DNA from: a virus
Lineage: Duplodnaviria; Caudoviricetes
IMG/VR virus record: IMGVR_UViG_3300024500_000078
Coordinates: 1-30,556 of that record
Direction: 5' to 3' (one strand)
Length of the DNA stretch: 30,556 nucleotides
Both the position numbers and the translations under genes were made by a program. The first letter of the stretch is position 1. Each line of letters starts with the position of its first letter. This document shows positions 8,172 through 15,964 of the stretch, piece by piece. The notes below the pieces were generated by a model that saw only the letters and a program-made list of their open reading frames with translations, ran no database searches and was not told where the DNA came from.

Positions 8172-8321
8172 CTACTTCTTACGTGAAGTAGGGTTTTCAG
8201 CGGTGAAAGTAATGCCCTTCTGAGCTGCCTCAGATAGAGCCTGCTTTGCTGCAGATGAGAAACGACCACGGGCTCCAACTGTAATGCCCTGGGCCTTGAG
8301 ATATTCACGCTTTGTTGCCAT
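8172..8321 (-). CDS. Lsr2-like DNA-binding-domain-only protein (49 aa)
   Basis: MATKREYLKAQGITVGARGRFS..., matching the Lsr2 C-terminal R..A..G..V..RGR AT-hook pattern; GAAAGGA RBS. Confidence 0.75.
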   Translation of the reverse strand: MATKREYLKAQGITVGARGRFSSAAKQALSEAAQKGITFTAENPTSRKK

Positions 8322-8358
8322 TTGTTTTGTCCTTTCTAGACAATTGTTTTTGTGGTAT

Positions 8359-8387
8359 ATTTTACCACTTTTCGGGGTTTTTGTAAA
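8359..8387 (-). promoter_or_regulatory. SigA-type promoter for the Lsr2-like gene
   Basis: TTTACA-N17-TAAAAT with an extended TG. Confidence 0.6.
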
Positions 8388-8422
8388 TACTATCGTAAGG
8401 GGTCCCGCCCGCCCTCACAAAC

Positions 8423-8563
8423 TTAGTCTTGACTGATTAATCCATCATTGATTGCATCAGTAATTAATTTATTTAAAACATTCCTGGCCAGCTCAGGCTG
8501 GCCGTTGTCCAGCCAGGCCGCCGCCAGATCTATAGCGAATGCCGCTTTAGTCTCCTGGTTCAT
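8423..8563 (-). CDS. Small hypothetical protein
   Basis: 46 aa, MNQETKAAFAIDLAAAWLDNGQPE...; overlaps the end of the upstream gene. Confidence 0.5.
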   Translation of the reverse strand: MNQETKAAFAIDLAAAWLDNGQPELARNVLNKLITDAINDGLISQD

Positions 8564-8906
8564 CTAACCAACTGTCGTCATCCAGGGCCACGATGAAGTC
8601 TTTCTCCCTCATCCAATCTCTGATTGTTTCTTCAAGGATTTCTCCGCCATGGTCCATGGTGAGTCCCAGAGAATCTGAATCCTCCCAGAACTGGTCAAAG
8701 ATTTCTTTTAATGTAACACCCTCACGGATTGCTTCATCATAGCCAACTTCAGTATTCTCAAAGATGTCTTTAAGAATATCAAAGCACCAGGTCCATAACA
8801 GGGACGGGAAGACAGATAAATCAGATACAAGTTTATTAATCTCTAGTAACTGATTATATACATCATTCCTACGTGTTGCTTCAGGTAGATCTATTTCTTG
8901 TATCAT
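8547..8906 (-). CDS. Acidic hypothetical protein
   Basis: 119 aa; ATGA coupling. Confidence 0.75.
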   Translation of the reverse strand: MIQEIDLPEATRRNDVYNQLLEINKLVSDLSVFPSLLWTWCFDILKDIFENTEVGYDEAIREGVTLKEIFDQFWEDSDSLGLTMDHGGEILEETIRDWMREKDFIVALDDDSWLDEPGD

Positions 8907-9184
8907 TCTCCAGCCTCCTTAGCCGCTATTGCAAATGAGATGTCATATGTGTCTTTATATATCCATGTGTATGCGTCCAGCATTCCTTCTGCATACTTCC
9001 GCTCCATAGATTCCATTGCGTCTGAGTAATCGTTCTCTTCCTCAATACGCTTGGCTTCTGCATATTCCGCTTCCGCCTCTAACATGCGAAGTTTGAGTTC
9101 GCCATGCATGATATCAATGCCGCTAACTCCAGCGTCAACAAGACGCTGTAGATGTGGCTGTAGTTTGTCCGCCTGTTCTTGCAT
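8903..9184 (-). CDS. Acidic helical hypothetical protein
   Basis: 93 aa; GAGGAG RBS. Confidence 0.75.
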   Translation of the reverse strand: MQEQADKLQPHLQRLVDAGVSGIDIMHGELKLRMLEAEAEYAEAKRIEEENDYSDAMESMERKYAEGMLDAYTWIYKDTYDISFAIAAKEAGE

Positions 9185-9402
9185 TATTTCTCCTCTGTTG
9201 GAATGCCAAGTATATCAGAGCCCACTGACAATAAATGGTGGGTGGCAGTAAGTTGTCCTGATACCCAGTTATACTCTACATCTAAATAAGCATAATCCTT
9301 ACAATTAGGGTCAAGAGCATCCATTTGTTCAGATAGTTTTTCTAAATCTTGTTGTAAACTAATCTGATGAATCTTCATATATTCAATTAATTGATTAGAC
9401 AT
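9184..9402 (-). CDS. Hypothetical protein
   Basis: 72 aa; its 3' end contains a promoter motif. Confidence 0.7.
   Translation of the reverse strand: MSNQLIEYMKIHQISLQQDLEKLSEQMDALDPNCKDYAYLDVEYNWVSGQLTATHHLLSVGSDILGIPTEEK
9209..9230 (-). promoter_or_regulatory. PafBC-type promoter motif 1
   Basis: TGTCAG-TGGGCTCTGA-TATACT. Confidence 0.75.
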
Positions 9403-9560
9403 TATTCAGCCACATACCCCTCTGCTAATAGGCCTTCAAAGAAATCCCAAATAGTTAATAGACCTTGCCTGGTTTCCTTATCGGACGGCGGCAGATAAAA
9501 TTCTGCCCTATTTAAAGTAATACCAAACTCTTGTATCTCCTTATATGTATAACCTAACAT
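9402..9560 (-). CDS. Small hypothetical protein
   Basis: 52 aa, MLGYTYKEIQEFG...GLLAEGYVAE; TAATG-coupled on both sides. Confidence 0.7.
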   Translation of the reverse strand: MLGYTYKEIQEFGITLNRAEFYLPPSDKETRQGLLTIWDFFEGLLAEGYVAE

Positions 9561-9781
9561 TAATCAACCTCAAAATAATATTCATCATCAGGAGTTAAAT
9601 TATAAAACTCATTGTAAGATTTCTTGATGTCATTGGAGGCAAATTCAATGAACTTATGTTCAGCATATTCCTCCCCCTCATCAAGGTTATTATTATTCCA
9701 ATCATCAAATAGTTGTTCTTCAATTTCTACTTGAATAGCCCCTAGAATATGTTCTCCTAGAGTATCTGTAAACATTTCCAT
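9560..9781 (-). CDS. Highly acidic hypothetical protein
   Basis: Start revised to the ATG at 9781, after AACGAAAGGAA. Confidence 0.7.
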   Translation of the reverse strand: MEMFTDTLGEHILGAIQVEIEEQLFDDWNNNNLDEGEEYAEHKFIEFASNDIKKSYNEFYNLTPDDEYYFEVD

Positions 9782-9808
9782 ATTATTCCTTTCGTTAGAC
9801 ATGGCTTA

Positions 9809-9830
9809 ATTATAGTTCATACCACCGACA
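9809..9830 (-). promoter_or_regulatory. PafBC-type promoter motif 2
   Basis: TGTCGG-TGGTATGAAC-TATAAT. Confidence 0.85.
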
Positions 9831-9959
9831 TTTGTCCATATGATGTGGATCACATAAAATGACTAATAGGTTAGTTTGTCTCATATGCTGAAATTCCTGT
9901 GAAATATATTTGACACACGTAAATGATCTATGCTATCCTCAGGTTTTTGCGGGCAGCTC

Positions 9960-10086
9960 TAAAAAAAGAAGTGGGGCCCTAGCAGTCTCTCCCTCTGCTG
10001 GGCCCCTGGTGTTTGGCTGCATCCACACTATGCATATTTAAAGACTTGGGCGAAAGGAACCCTGATAGCCTCACCAAACGTTTGTG
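9960..10086 (-). ncRNA. Candidate structured small RNA with an anti-Shine-Dalgarno loop
   Basis: Extended -10 TGCTATAAT (10092-10100), multi-stem fold, GC-rich terminator with a T-run at about 9960-10007, no convincing ORF. Confidence 0.5.
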
Positions 10087-10112
10087 ATTACATTATAGCA
10101 TATTTTAGTAGA

Positions 10113-10454
10113 CTAAACTGTAACCCCCAAATGATAATTGATAAATTCATCCCATGTGTGACCGTCTACCATTTTATTAACCATGTCAACATCAATTGTG
10201 GTGTCCCACGCTGCAAAGTTGCTTGGCTTATCTACAGCACCAATTCCATATCCAGTCTCATCCAGGACCTCATGCTGAATCATATGAGAAATAATCATAC
10301 GAATGCAATAAGATGTGTCTTCCCACCTTGGACGGGCATGGTTTAATGCTGCTGCTAATTTAATTTCCCATTCATCTTCTCCCCAATGACTGTACAGCCA
10401 TACCGCAGGCTGGTCCTCACCCTCATTGAAGATATAATTAATACGTGCTCCCAT
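10113..10454 (-). CDS. Conserved phage hypothetical protein
   Basis: MGAR...LYSHWG...RWEDTSY; 113 aa. Confidence 0.75.
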   Translation of the reverse strand: MGARINYIFNEGEDQPAVWLYSHWGEDEWEIKLAAALNHARPRWEDTSYCIRMIISHMIQHEVLDETGYGIGAVDKPSNFAAWDTTIDVDMVNKMVDGHTWDEFINYHLGVTV

Positions 10455-10647
10455 TTGTTACTTCCGCCTTTTCTTGTTGTGTGTTTTCAATGGATAAGTC
10501 TACAACTTCATAGGACCATTTGTCAAGGGCCTCTTTGAATTCATTGTAGTGGTGGCCACAGAAAAATAAATCTCCTGCCAAGCCTCTTGCTTGATATACA
10601 GCTTTGGCTGTGACACATTTATCACATCCGATAAATCTGTTACTCAT
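10438..10647 (-). CDS. Small zinc-binding protein
   Basis: CDKC...LFFCGHH motif. Confidence 0.7.
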   Translation of the reverse strand: MSNRFIGCDKCVTAKAVYQARGLAGDLFFCGHHYNEFKEALDKWSYEVVDLSIENTQQEKAEVTNGSTY

Positions 10648-10790
10648 AGATTACCGCCCTCTATCATGTCTGACAATCTATCTAGAATCCAAGAGTCAAT
10701 ATCTGAGATATCAATCTCACGCAGCTTCTCCATGATTTCTTCACGAGCATACTTATACCCGTCATCCCAACCGCTCTTGTAATCTGACAT
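10644..10790 (-). CDS. Small hypothetical protein
   Basis: 48 aa, MSDYKSGWDDGYKYAREE...; AGGAG RBS; ATGA overlap. Confidence 0.7.
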   Translation of the reverse strand: MSDYKSGWDDGYKYAREEIMEKLREIDISDIDSWILDRLSDMIEGGNL

Positions 10791-10791
10791 A

Positions 10792-11004
10792 TTATCTCCT
10801 ATAACCTGTTGGTTCGTATTCTGAGGTATAACTTTCAGTTAAATTATACTTATCACGAATGCGACTTACTTTCTCTATACTACCTGTTCCTATCTCGAAT
10901 GTCAAGGTGTCTTTGATATGCAATGGATCCAATCCAAGCACATCTGCCTCCCAGTAGGCCCTTTGCAGGGCCAACTGGTTTGGCGCAGTTAATTCAAAAT
11001 ACAT
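10792..11004 (-). CDS. Hypothetical protein
   Basis: 70 aa; TAATG coupling. Confidence 0.7.
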   Translation of the reverse strand: MYFELTAPNQLALQRAYWEADVLGLDPLHIKDTLTFEIGTGSIEKVSRIRDKYNLTESYTSEYEPTGYRR

Positions 11005-11543
11005 TACCAGTCCACGTCCGCATCTTCGACATCGAACGATTCAACAATAACGTCGCCGTTATATGCATCTAATGTTAATGTATCTTGGAGGAAGTAGCGG
11101 GCATCGAAATCCTCTACTTCATCTAATGGACAATCATAGCGAACATCAAATGTGATGCTGCCAGTGATTCTGATTTCTTGCTTTGGTTCATGACCAAAGA
11201 TTTCACATAAATCAGAAAGAATTTCTGACTTATCAGTGTTAGGGTTGTACCAACCTTGTGCAGTCATGTTATCAATAACTTGACCGATTTGCTTTTCCTG
11301 TTGTTCAAGACGAGCATTAGTAAAACCACGAAGACGGAACATCTCCATGATATCAGTACGCTTCATGTTATGCACAGTGTGTGTACCGTCAGTGTGTGAT
11401 TCAATTACATCAATAGTTGGATTGACATAGAGCATTCCCTCTAGGTCAACAACCTTGATAGTTTCATATGTTGCTTCGCCGTCAACAATATGTTTTACTG
11501 TGACGAGAGCATTTGGGTTGTATGTGTATGGTGCTGTCTCCAT
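11004..11543 (-). CDS. Acidic hypothetical protein
   Basis: 179 aa; TAATG coupling. Confidence 0.75.
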   Translation of the reverse strand: METAPYTYNPNALVTVKHIVDGEATYETIKVVDLEGMLYVNPTIDVIESHTDGTHTVHNMKRTDIMEMFRLRGFTNARLEQQEKQIGQVIDNMTAQGWYNPNTDKSEILSDLCEIFGHEPKQEIRITGSITFDVRYDCPLDEVEDFDARYFLQDTLTLDAYNGDVIVESFDVEDADVDW

Positions 11544-12316
11544 TAGATTTTCTCCATTCTGTAGTGTGGGACATGTTCAGCGTCTAAGTATACCTTATGG
11601 GTCGGACATTCCTTGATGGCATCAAGGTCTGCTTCACCTAGATAGTTGCAGGCAGAGCATAACTCATTATCACATTCTTCGCAATAGGATAGAGTGTTAT
11701 ATTCGTCACAATCTCTACATCTGTTTTCATAATCCATTTCAGAGATAACTTCTCCACGTAGGAATTCGCATTCTCCGCCCCAACCTGTCTCTTCCTCATA
11801 AGATAAGGTGAATAACAAACTTGGGTATTGTTCAGATAGTTTAGCAAGAGCAGGCATTGGTGGAGACCAAGCAGTATTAAAGTTATAATAAACTACAAGG
11901 TTCTCTCCATTAGGAGTAGGCCCCTCTATATATGTTTCAGGATATTTATCACCGTCTTTAACAGCAACATCCCATTTGGTTCCCCAGTTGACAACATTCC
12001 AGTTATACCAACCTTTGTCTTCTTGGGCTATTTTCATTGTATCTGACCACCACTCAGGGTCGTCTAAAGATTTCTCAGAACGAATAGGTTGTTGAACATA
12101 TTCTTGGTCTGTGATACCTGCTTGACGGTGGTTATAGATATTATAGAATGCAAATACAGGATTTGGATATGTGGTCTGAGAGACTTCCATTTCCTGTGTT
12201 TCCATATTCCATGAATCATGTAGCATGACAAATGGCTTGTTCATTTGACGAACAAGGTCATTTACTAAATCAGGATTACCCTCAATGGTTAATCCGTTGT
12301 AACACCAATTTGGCAT
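11543..12316 (-). CDS. YubB/DUF1281-like ferredoxin-fold protein with a C-terminal Cys cluster
   Basis: MPNWCYN, WYNWNVVNWGTKWD, FNTAWSPP; C-terminal CxxC repeats. Confidence 0.75.
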   Translation of the reverse strand: MPNWCYNGLTIEGNPDLVNDLVRQMNKPFVMLHDSWNMETQEMEVSQTTYPNPVFAFYNIYNHRQAGITDQEYVQQPIRSEKSLDDPEWWSDTMKIAQEDKGWYNWNVVNWGTKWDVAVKDGDKYPETYIEGPTPNGENLVVYYNFNTAWSPPMPALAKLSEQYPSLLFTLSYEEETGWGGECEFLRGEVISEMDYENRCRDCDEYNTLSYCEECDNELCSACNYLGEADLDAIKECPTHKVYLDAEHVPHYRMEKI

Positions 12317-12339
12317 TTTACTTCCTTTCTTTGGGCCCT

Positions 12340-12361
12340 ATTATAGTGGAGCACACTGACA
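12340..12361 (-). promoter_or_regulatory. PafBC-type promoter motif 3
   Basis: TGTCAG-TGTGCTCCAC-TATAAT. Confidence 0.8.
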
Positions 12362-12486
12362 AGAGTCAAGGATTTCCAGTGAATTTTTCTATATTCCCAT
12401 ATGATCTATGTCACGCCCGTAAAAGCTGCGGGACATCCTTAGTATATTGCGGGCGTCTCATTATTTGAAATTGTTATCTCATATTG

Positions 12487-12559
12487 CGATGCGTACGGGA
12501 TTTGAACCCGTGATCTCTACCGTGACAGGGTAGCGCTTTAACCGCTAAGCTAACGCACC
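12487..12559 (-). tRNA. tRNA-Asp(GTC)
   Basis: GGTGCGT/ACGCATC acceptor stem, CTACC-CT-GTC-AC-GGTAG anticodon arm, GGTTCAAATCC T-arm, G discriminator; no CCA. Confidence 0.92.
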
Positions 12560-12560
12560 A

Positions 12561-12594
12561 AATAAAAAGCGGGGGAATTTTTAGTTCCCCCGCT
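12561..12594 (-). terminator. Intrinsic terminator after the DUF932 gene
   Basis: AGCGGGGGAA/TTCCCCCGCT stem followed by TTTTATTT. Confidence 0.75.
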
Positions 12595-12609
12595 AGTGTA
12601 ATCATTTTA

Positions 12610-13614
12610 TTAGAATGATTTTACTAACTTGAGAATTTTATTTTTCTCAGCAGTAAGAACAGGGTCAAAGCCACTTGCGCCCGCCATTAGCGATTCGCTA
12701 TTGCCACGACCAGAACGGAAATAATCAAGGCGTTCAGTAAGCGCATTGAAAGCACCCCATTTTGTTCCCTTGATATTAGCGTTAGTTGGTGAGTTATGAT
12801 AAAGGTCATCAATCAAGATAACTTTATTTTCCCACTTTTTGAGAGCACCCTTAGAATCTTTTTCAGGCTTAGGATAAATTGTCTGAATCAATTTAGAGAA
12901 TTCAGCATTTGTAATTTCAGCCTTGAAAAGTTCCTGCGCTTCTTTCTCGAATTCATCAAAGTATCCAAGAGCAAGCCCAAGAGTTTCACGAGCAACTTGA
13001 ATTCGTCCCTCAACAGATTGTGTGTGACGAATTTTGAATGATTGCTTAGCATTACGCATAGCAAGATTCAAAGTGTTTTGGCATACAACACGAACAGGTG
13101 TAATCGCTGCTTGAACAGCAACAGAGCCGTCGTGAGATGTCCATACGATTAGATAAAGTTTGGTTTGGTCATTAGCACCTTGTGGGTCTAATACCATTGT
13201 GCGAGGAACATCAACGGTTCCAAATACAACTTTACCATTCTTTAGAGAGCCAGCAGATTCCCAACGGCACTCAGGGTTAGCGTCATGAATATTATCTGCG
13301 AAAGCAAATAATTCTTCATTTTGAACAGGCTTGTATCGCTTACCAACGGTAGCAAGAACATCAGTTCCGCCATTGAATGGATTTGTGCGAATAACTAATT
13401 GAGCATTAGAAACATCATTCCATGATTCTGAAATATGGTCAGTTAGTGGAGAGAGGCGAACATTCCAGTTAGCCAATTTTGCTTCTTCAAGCATTGTTTG
13501 AGTAGTCACATCTTCATCTTGTGAGAAGATACGATTTGCGAGATTGTGCCATGCGGGAGTTCCACGCAAAGCAAAGGCAACTTCATTGCCATTTGTTTCA
13601 AGGTTATGAGCCAT
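12610..13614 (-). CDS. DUF932 family phage/plasmid protein (TIGR03299-like)
   Basis: MAH...PAWH, YKPVQN, ESAGSL, SHDGS, TPVRVVCQNTL, IRHT, GTKWGAFNA. Confidence 0.88.
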   Translation of the reverse strand: MAHNLETNGNEVAFALRGTPAWHNLANRIFSQDEDVTTQTMLEEAKLANWNVRLSPLTDHISESWNDVSNAQLVIRTNPFNGGTDVLATVGKRYKPVQNEELFAFADNIHDANPECRWESAGSLKNGKVVFGTVDVPRTMVLDPQGANDQTKLYLIVWTSHDGSVAVQAAITPVRVVCQNTLNLAMRNAKQSFKIRHTQSVEGRIQVARETLGLALGYFDEFEKEAQELFKAEITNAEFSKLIQTIYPKPEKDSKGALKKWENKVILIDDLYHNSPTNANIKGTKWGAFNALTERLDYFRSGRGNSESLMAGASGFDPVLTAEKNKILKLVKSF

Positions 13615-13647
13615 GATTTTTTCCTTTCGATTGTTAGATTGAGCCTA

Positions 13648-13669
13648 AGTATAACAGACCCCACCGACA
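13648..13669 (-). promoter_or_regulatory. PafBC-type promoter motif 4
   Basis: TGTCGG-TGGGGTCTGT-TATACT. Confidence 0.85.
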
Positions 13670-13735
13670 TTTGTCTATAGTTAGTTAGACATTAGGGCAA
13701 AACGGACATGTGATCAATCTCATATTTTTTCAGGG

Positions 13736-13767
13736 TTTTCCACAGGCAGCCGTAACGCTGTGGATAA
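13736..13767. promoter_or_regulatory. Inverted pair of DnaA boxes
   Basis: TTTTCCACA-N14-TGTGGATAA (the second is a perfect TTATCCACA on the minus strand). Confidence 0.6.
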
Positions 13768-13768
13768 C

Positions 13769-13786
13769 CCCGCACATATTTGCGGG
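13769..13786. repeat. CCCGCA-N6-TGCGGG palindrome (repeat family member)
   Basis: Also at 15851-15868, 17347-17363 and 19152-19169; degenerate at 12416-12432 and about 9936-9953. Confidence 0.7.
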
Positions 13787-13853
13787 CAGCTTGATCGGGG
13801 AAGTTGGGGCGGGAATCTAGATGATTACACAGTTCAAACCCGCCCCAAGATTA

Positions 13854-14036
13854 TTATGCTCCGATTTTTACCATAGCCCAACGCAAACCTTTTTCAGTTT
13901 CTAAACCAAGTTTTGTAAGTGTTGGTCTAACTGAAATAATTTCGCTAATTGTGCCAGTAATTCCTGATTTACCAGTTGTAAAGACATCGCCTTTTTTATA
14001 GAAGCGACCCTTCTTAGTATCTAGAATTGGTGACAT
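13854..14036 (-). CDS. Small SH3/KOW-like protein
   Basis: YKKGDVFTTGKSGITGTISEII; paralog of 14611-14787. Confidence 0.7.
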   Translation of the reverse strand: MSPILDTKKGRFYKKGDVFTTGKSGITGTISEIISVRPTLTKLGLETEKGLRWAMVKIGA

Positions 14037-14109
14037 TTTATTTCCTTTCGTTTGTTGGTGTGTTGGTGGGCAGTTTTACCTTAGGTGATACCCAGCACCA
14101 AATCTCTAA

Positions 14110-14529
14110 TTAGAGATAACGAGCAATAGCATTGTAAGTTGAAGTGCTTACAACTTCCTCGTCCGTCATTTTGAGAATACGAATTGCGTTCTCAATTTCC
14201 TCTACCATTTCCTTATACTGCCAATCGTGGTAAGTATCAAAGTCCTTAGTAGGTTCAACAGGTAGTTCAATAGAACCAGCAGGTAAATCAAAATCTACAT
14301 TTACCATACCATTGTATCGGACATTAGCACGGACATTTTCCGCCTTTGCGATTTTAGCAAGAGCAAGTTTAGCAATTTCTTTACTCCATTTTTCTTGAGC
14401 CTTTGAGTATCTTTCCTCATTGACTTTCTGATTAGCCTTATCCTTTTGGATTTGTGCTAACTTAGTTTCAAGAGCCTTGATTACCTTTGTGGTGGCAATC
14501 TTTACATTTATGGCTTTTCCTCTACTCAT
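14110..14529 (-). CDS. Lys-rich hypothetical protein
   Basis: 139 aa; AACGAAAGGAAA RBS. Confidence 0.8.
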   Translation of the reverse strand: MSRGKAINVKIATTKVIKALETKLAQIQKDKANQKVNEERYSKAQEKWSKEIAKLALAKIAKAENVRANVRYNGMVNVDFDLPAGSIELPVEPTKDFDTYHDWQYKEMVEEIENAIRILKMTDEEVVSTSTYNAIARYL

Positions 14530-14565
14530 TTGTTTTTCCTTTCGTTTGTTTGTTTGTGTGAGAGA

Positions 14566-14587
14566 ATTGTAGCAGAGCCCACCGACA
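14566..14587 (-). promoter_or_regulatory. PafBC-type promoter motif 5
   Basis: TGTCGG-TGGGCTCTGC-TACAAT. Confidence 0.85.
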
Positions 14588-14610
14588 TTTCGGTGAGCCC
14601 TGCCATTGAA

Positions 14611-14787
14611 TTAGGCTAGGCTATCAGCAGAGATAGTTGTCCAGCGTGTTTCTTTTGTTGGTAGTTCCAACAATACACGCACCGAGCCAGATGCGTTAGG
14701 AATAATCTCTTTGATTACGCCTGTTTTCTTTGACTTTAGGGTGGTGAATAAATCGCCAACCTTGTAAGTATAACCATTTATGGTCAT
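14611..14787 (-). CDS. Small SH3/KOW-like protein
   Basis: 58 aa, MTINGYTYKVGDLFTTLKSKKTGVIKEII...; GAAAGGA RBS; below the ORF-track cutoff. Confidence 0.75.
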   Translation of the reverse strand: MTINGYTYKVGDLFTTLKSKKTGVIKEIIPNASGSVRVLLELPTKETRWTTISADSLA

Positions 14788-14817
14788 TTTGCTTCCTTTC
14801 TATTAGTAGGTGGGTAG

Positions 14818-14839
14818 ATTATAGCAGGGGCTACCGACA
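14818..14839 (-). promoter_or_regulatory. PafBC-type promoter motif 6
   Basis: TGTCGG-TAGCCCCTGC-TATAAT. Confidence 0.85.
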
Positions 14840-14862
14840 AGTGGCAAGCCCTTGCTAATGAT

Positions 14863-14878
14863 TGTGAGATTTATCACA
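14863..14878. promoter_or_regulatory. CRP/GlxR-type site
   Basis: TGTGA-GATTTA-TCACA. Confidence 0.7.
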
Positions 14879-15137
14879 ACCAAGCCTCTAGGTGGTGAGC
14901 CTCGACAATAGCCGAAGCGGGAGCCGTATTTTTATCCCTCCAAGTAATTGGGGAGGGTAGGTCAATAAGGCGTTCATAGTCCTCATCATAGTAAGCATCA
15001 ATAGCATCAATACAAGGTTGAACCATTGATCGTGGGACGGGTGGGTAATGATTAGCGGATAAGTGAATAGCTATACTATCCTCTAAAGATAAACCTAAGT
15101 CTAGTTCAGCAAGTTCAGTAGCAAAATTACTCCCCAT
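14874..15137 (-). CDS. Conserved phage hypothetical protein
   Basis: HLSANHYPPVP...IVEAHHLEAWL; 87 aa. Confidence 0.8.
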   Translation of the reverse strand: MGSNFATELAELDLGLSLEDSIAIHLSANHYPPVPRSMVQPCIDAIDAYYDEDYERLIDLPSPITWRDKNTAPASAIVEAHHLEAWL

Positions 15138-15402
15138 TTTCTAATACCTCATCTCTCATTGTTTCCATTTCATCAATAGTAGCCATAAGTTCTTTTACCT
15201 GAGTTTCAGTTAGCAAAATTTTAGTAGCCTTATCTATTGCGAGAGAAGCAAGCATACAAGAATAAGTATAAATAGATTTAGCGAATTGTTCGTCATCTAA
15301 TTCTTTAGCGTGATAGCAGAAAGCCTGAGCAAAACCCATAATTTCCTCATCAAAAATACTTTCTTCAGTTGCCTGAATAAGAGCGGTTGCGGTTGATAGC
15401 AT
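15127..15402 (-). CDS. Hypothetical protein
   Basis: Start revised to the ATG at 15402, after AACGAAAGGAAA. Confidence 0.75.
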   Translation of the reverse strand: MLSTATALIQATEESIFDEEIMGFAQAFCYHAKELDDEQFAKSIYTYSCMLASLAIDKATKILLTETQVKELMATIDEMETMRDEVLENGE

Positions 15403-15430
15403 TTTTTTCCTTTCGTTGTGTGGTGGGTAG

Positions 15431-15452
15431 ATTATACACCTACCCACCGACA
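15431..15452 (-). promoter_or_regulatory. PafBC-type promoter motif 7
   Basis: TGTCGG-TGGGTAGGTG-TATAAT. Confidence 0.85.
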
Positions 15453-15454
15453 TT

Positions 15455-15706
15455 TTAGGCTAGGGCTAGGTAAGCCTGACCGTAGCCTTCATTTACACGG
15501 TCTAACTCATCCTGAATTTCAGAGCGGGATAAGAGAGATACTTTACCAATTAACTCACGAATTGCAGATTCGTTCATTTGAGTAAATACCTGTGCAGGCA
15601 CTCGTTGAATTTGAGCATACATTGAACCTTCAGGATTAATTAAAGATACAAAGTCTACACCGTCTACTGAAAACGGGTAGGATTTCCAATTTGAGAAGTT
15701 GGACAT
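15455..15706 (-). CDS. Hypothetical protein
   Basis: 83 aa; AACGAAAGGAAA RBS. Confidence 0.8.
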   Translation of the reverse strand: MSNFSNWKSYPFSVDGVDFVSLINPEGSMYAQIQRVPAQVFTQMNESAIRELIGKVSLLSRSEIQDELDRVNEGYGQAYLALA

Positions 15707-15736
15707 TATTTTTTCCTTTCGTTTGTTGATAGTGGA

Positions 15737-15758
15737 ATTATAGCGTAAGCCTGCGACA
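15737..15758 (-). promoter_or_regulatory. PafBC-type promoter motif 8
   Basis: TGTCGC-AGGCTTACGC-TATAAT. Confidence 0.75.
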
Positions 15759-15791
15759 TTATCTAATCCATTATCGGCGTGTCGCCGTGTT

Positions 15792-15807
15792 TGTGAGATT
15801 TCTCACA
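15792..15807. promoter_or_regulatory. CRP/GlxR-type site
   Basis: TGTGA-GATTTC-TCACA. Confidence 0.7.
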
Positions 15808-15817
15808 ATTCCCGTGA

Positions 15818-15849
15818 ATATCCACAGGTCCACTTAAATCTGTGGATAA
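15818..15849. promoter_or_regulatory. Inverted pair of DnaA boxes
   Basis: ATATCCACA-N14-TGTGGATAA; same spacing as 13736-13767. Confidence 0.6.
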
Positions 15850-15964
15850 CCCCGCAATATATTGCGGGCATTTTACAGTTTTGTCAACATATAAATTATT
15901 AATATAAACGGTGACAGTAACAATGCAATAAATAAAATAGCTGCAACAGATCCAAGGAGCTCTA

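Noticed and set aside
10654-10675. TGTCAG at about 10670-10675 (and at 10784-10789) as further PafBC-type promoters
   Set aside because: No TAnnnT at the required distance; explained by coding sequence.
12487-12559. tRNA-Asp as a prophage attachment site
   Set aside because: No integrase or duplicated tRNA 3' end in the window, and phage-like genes continue on both sides.
15403-15453. ORF-track starts at 15453, 19044, 16738 and 9802
   Set aside because: They lie in or just around the promoter motifs, upstream of the strong GAAAGG RBS; downstream ATGs are preferred.
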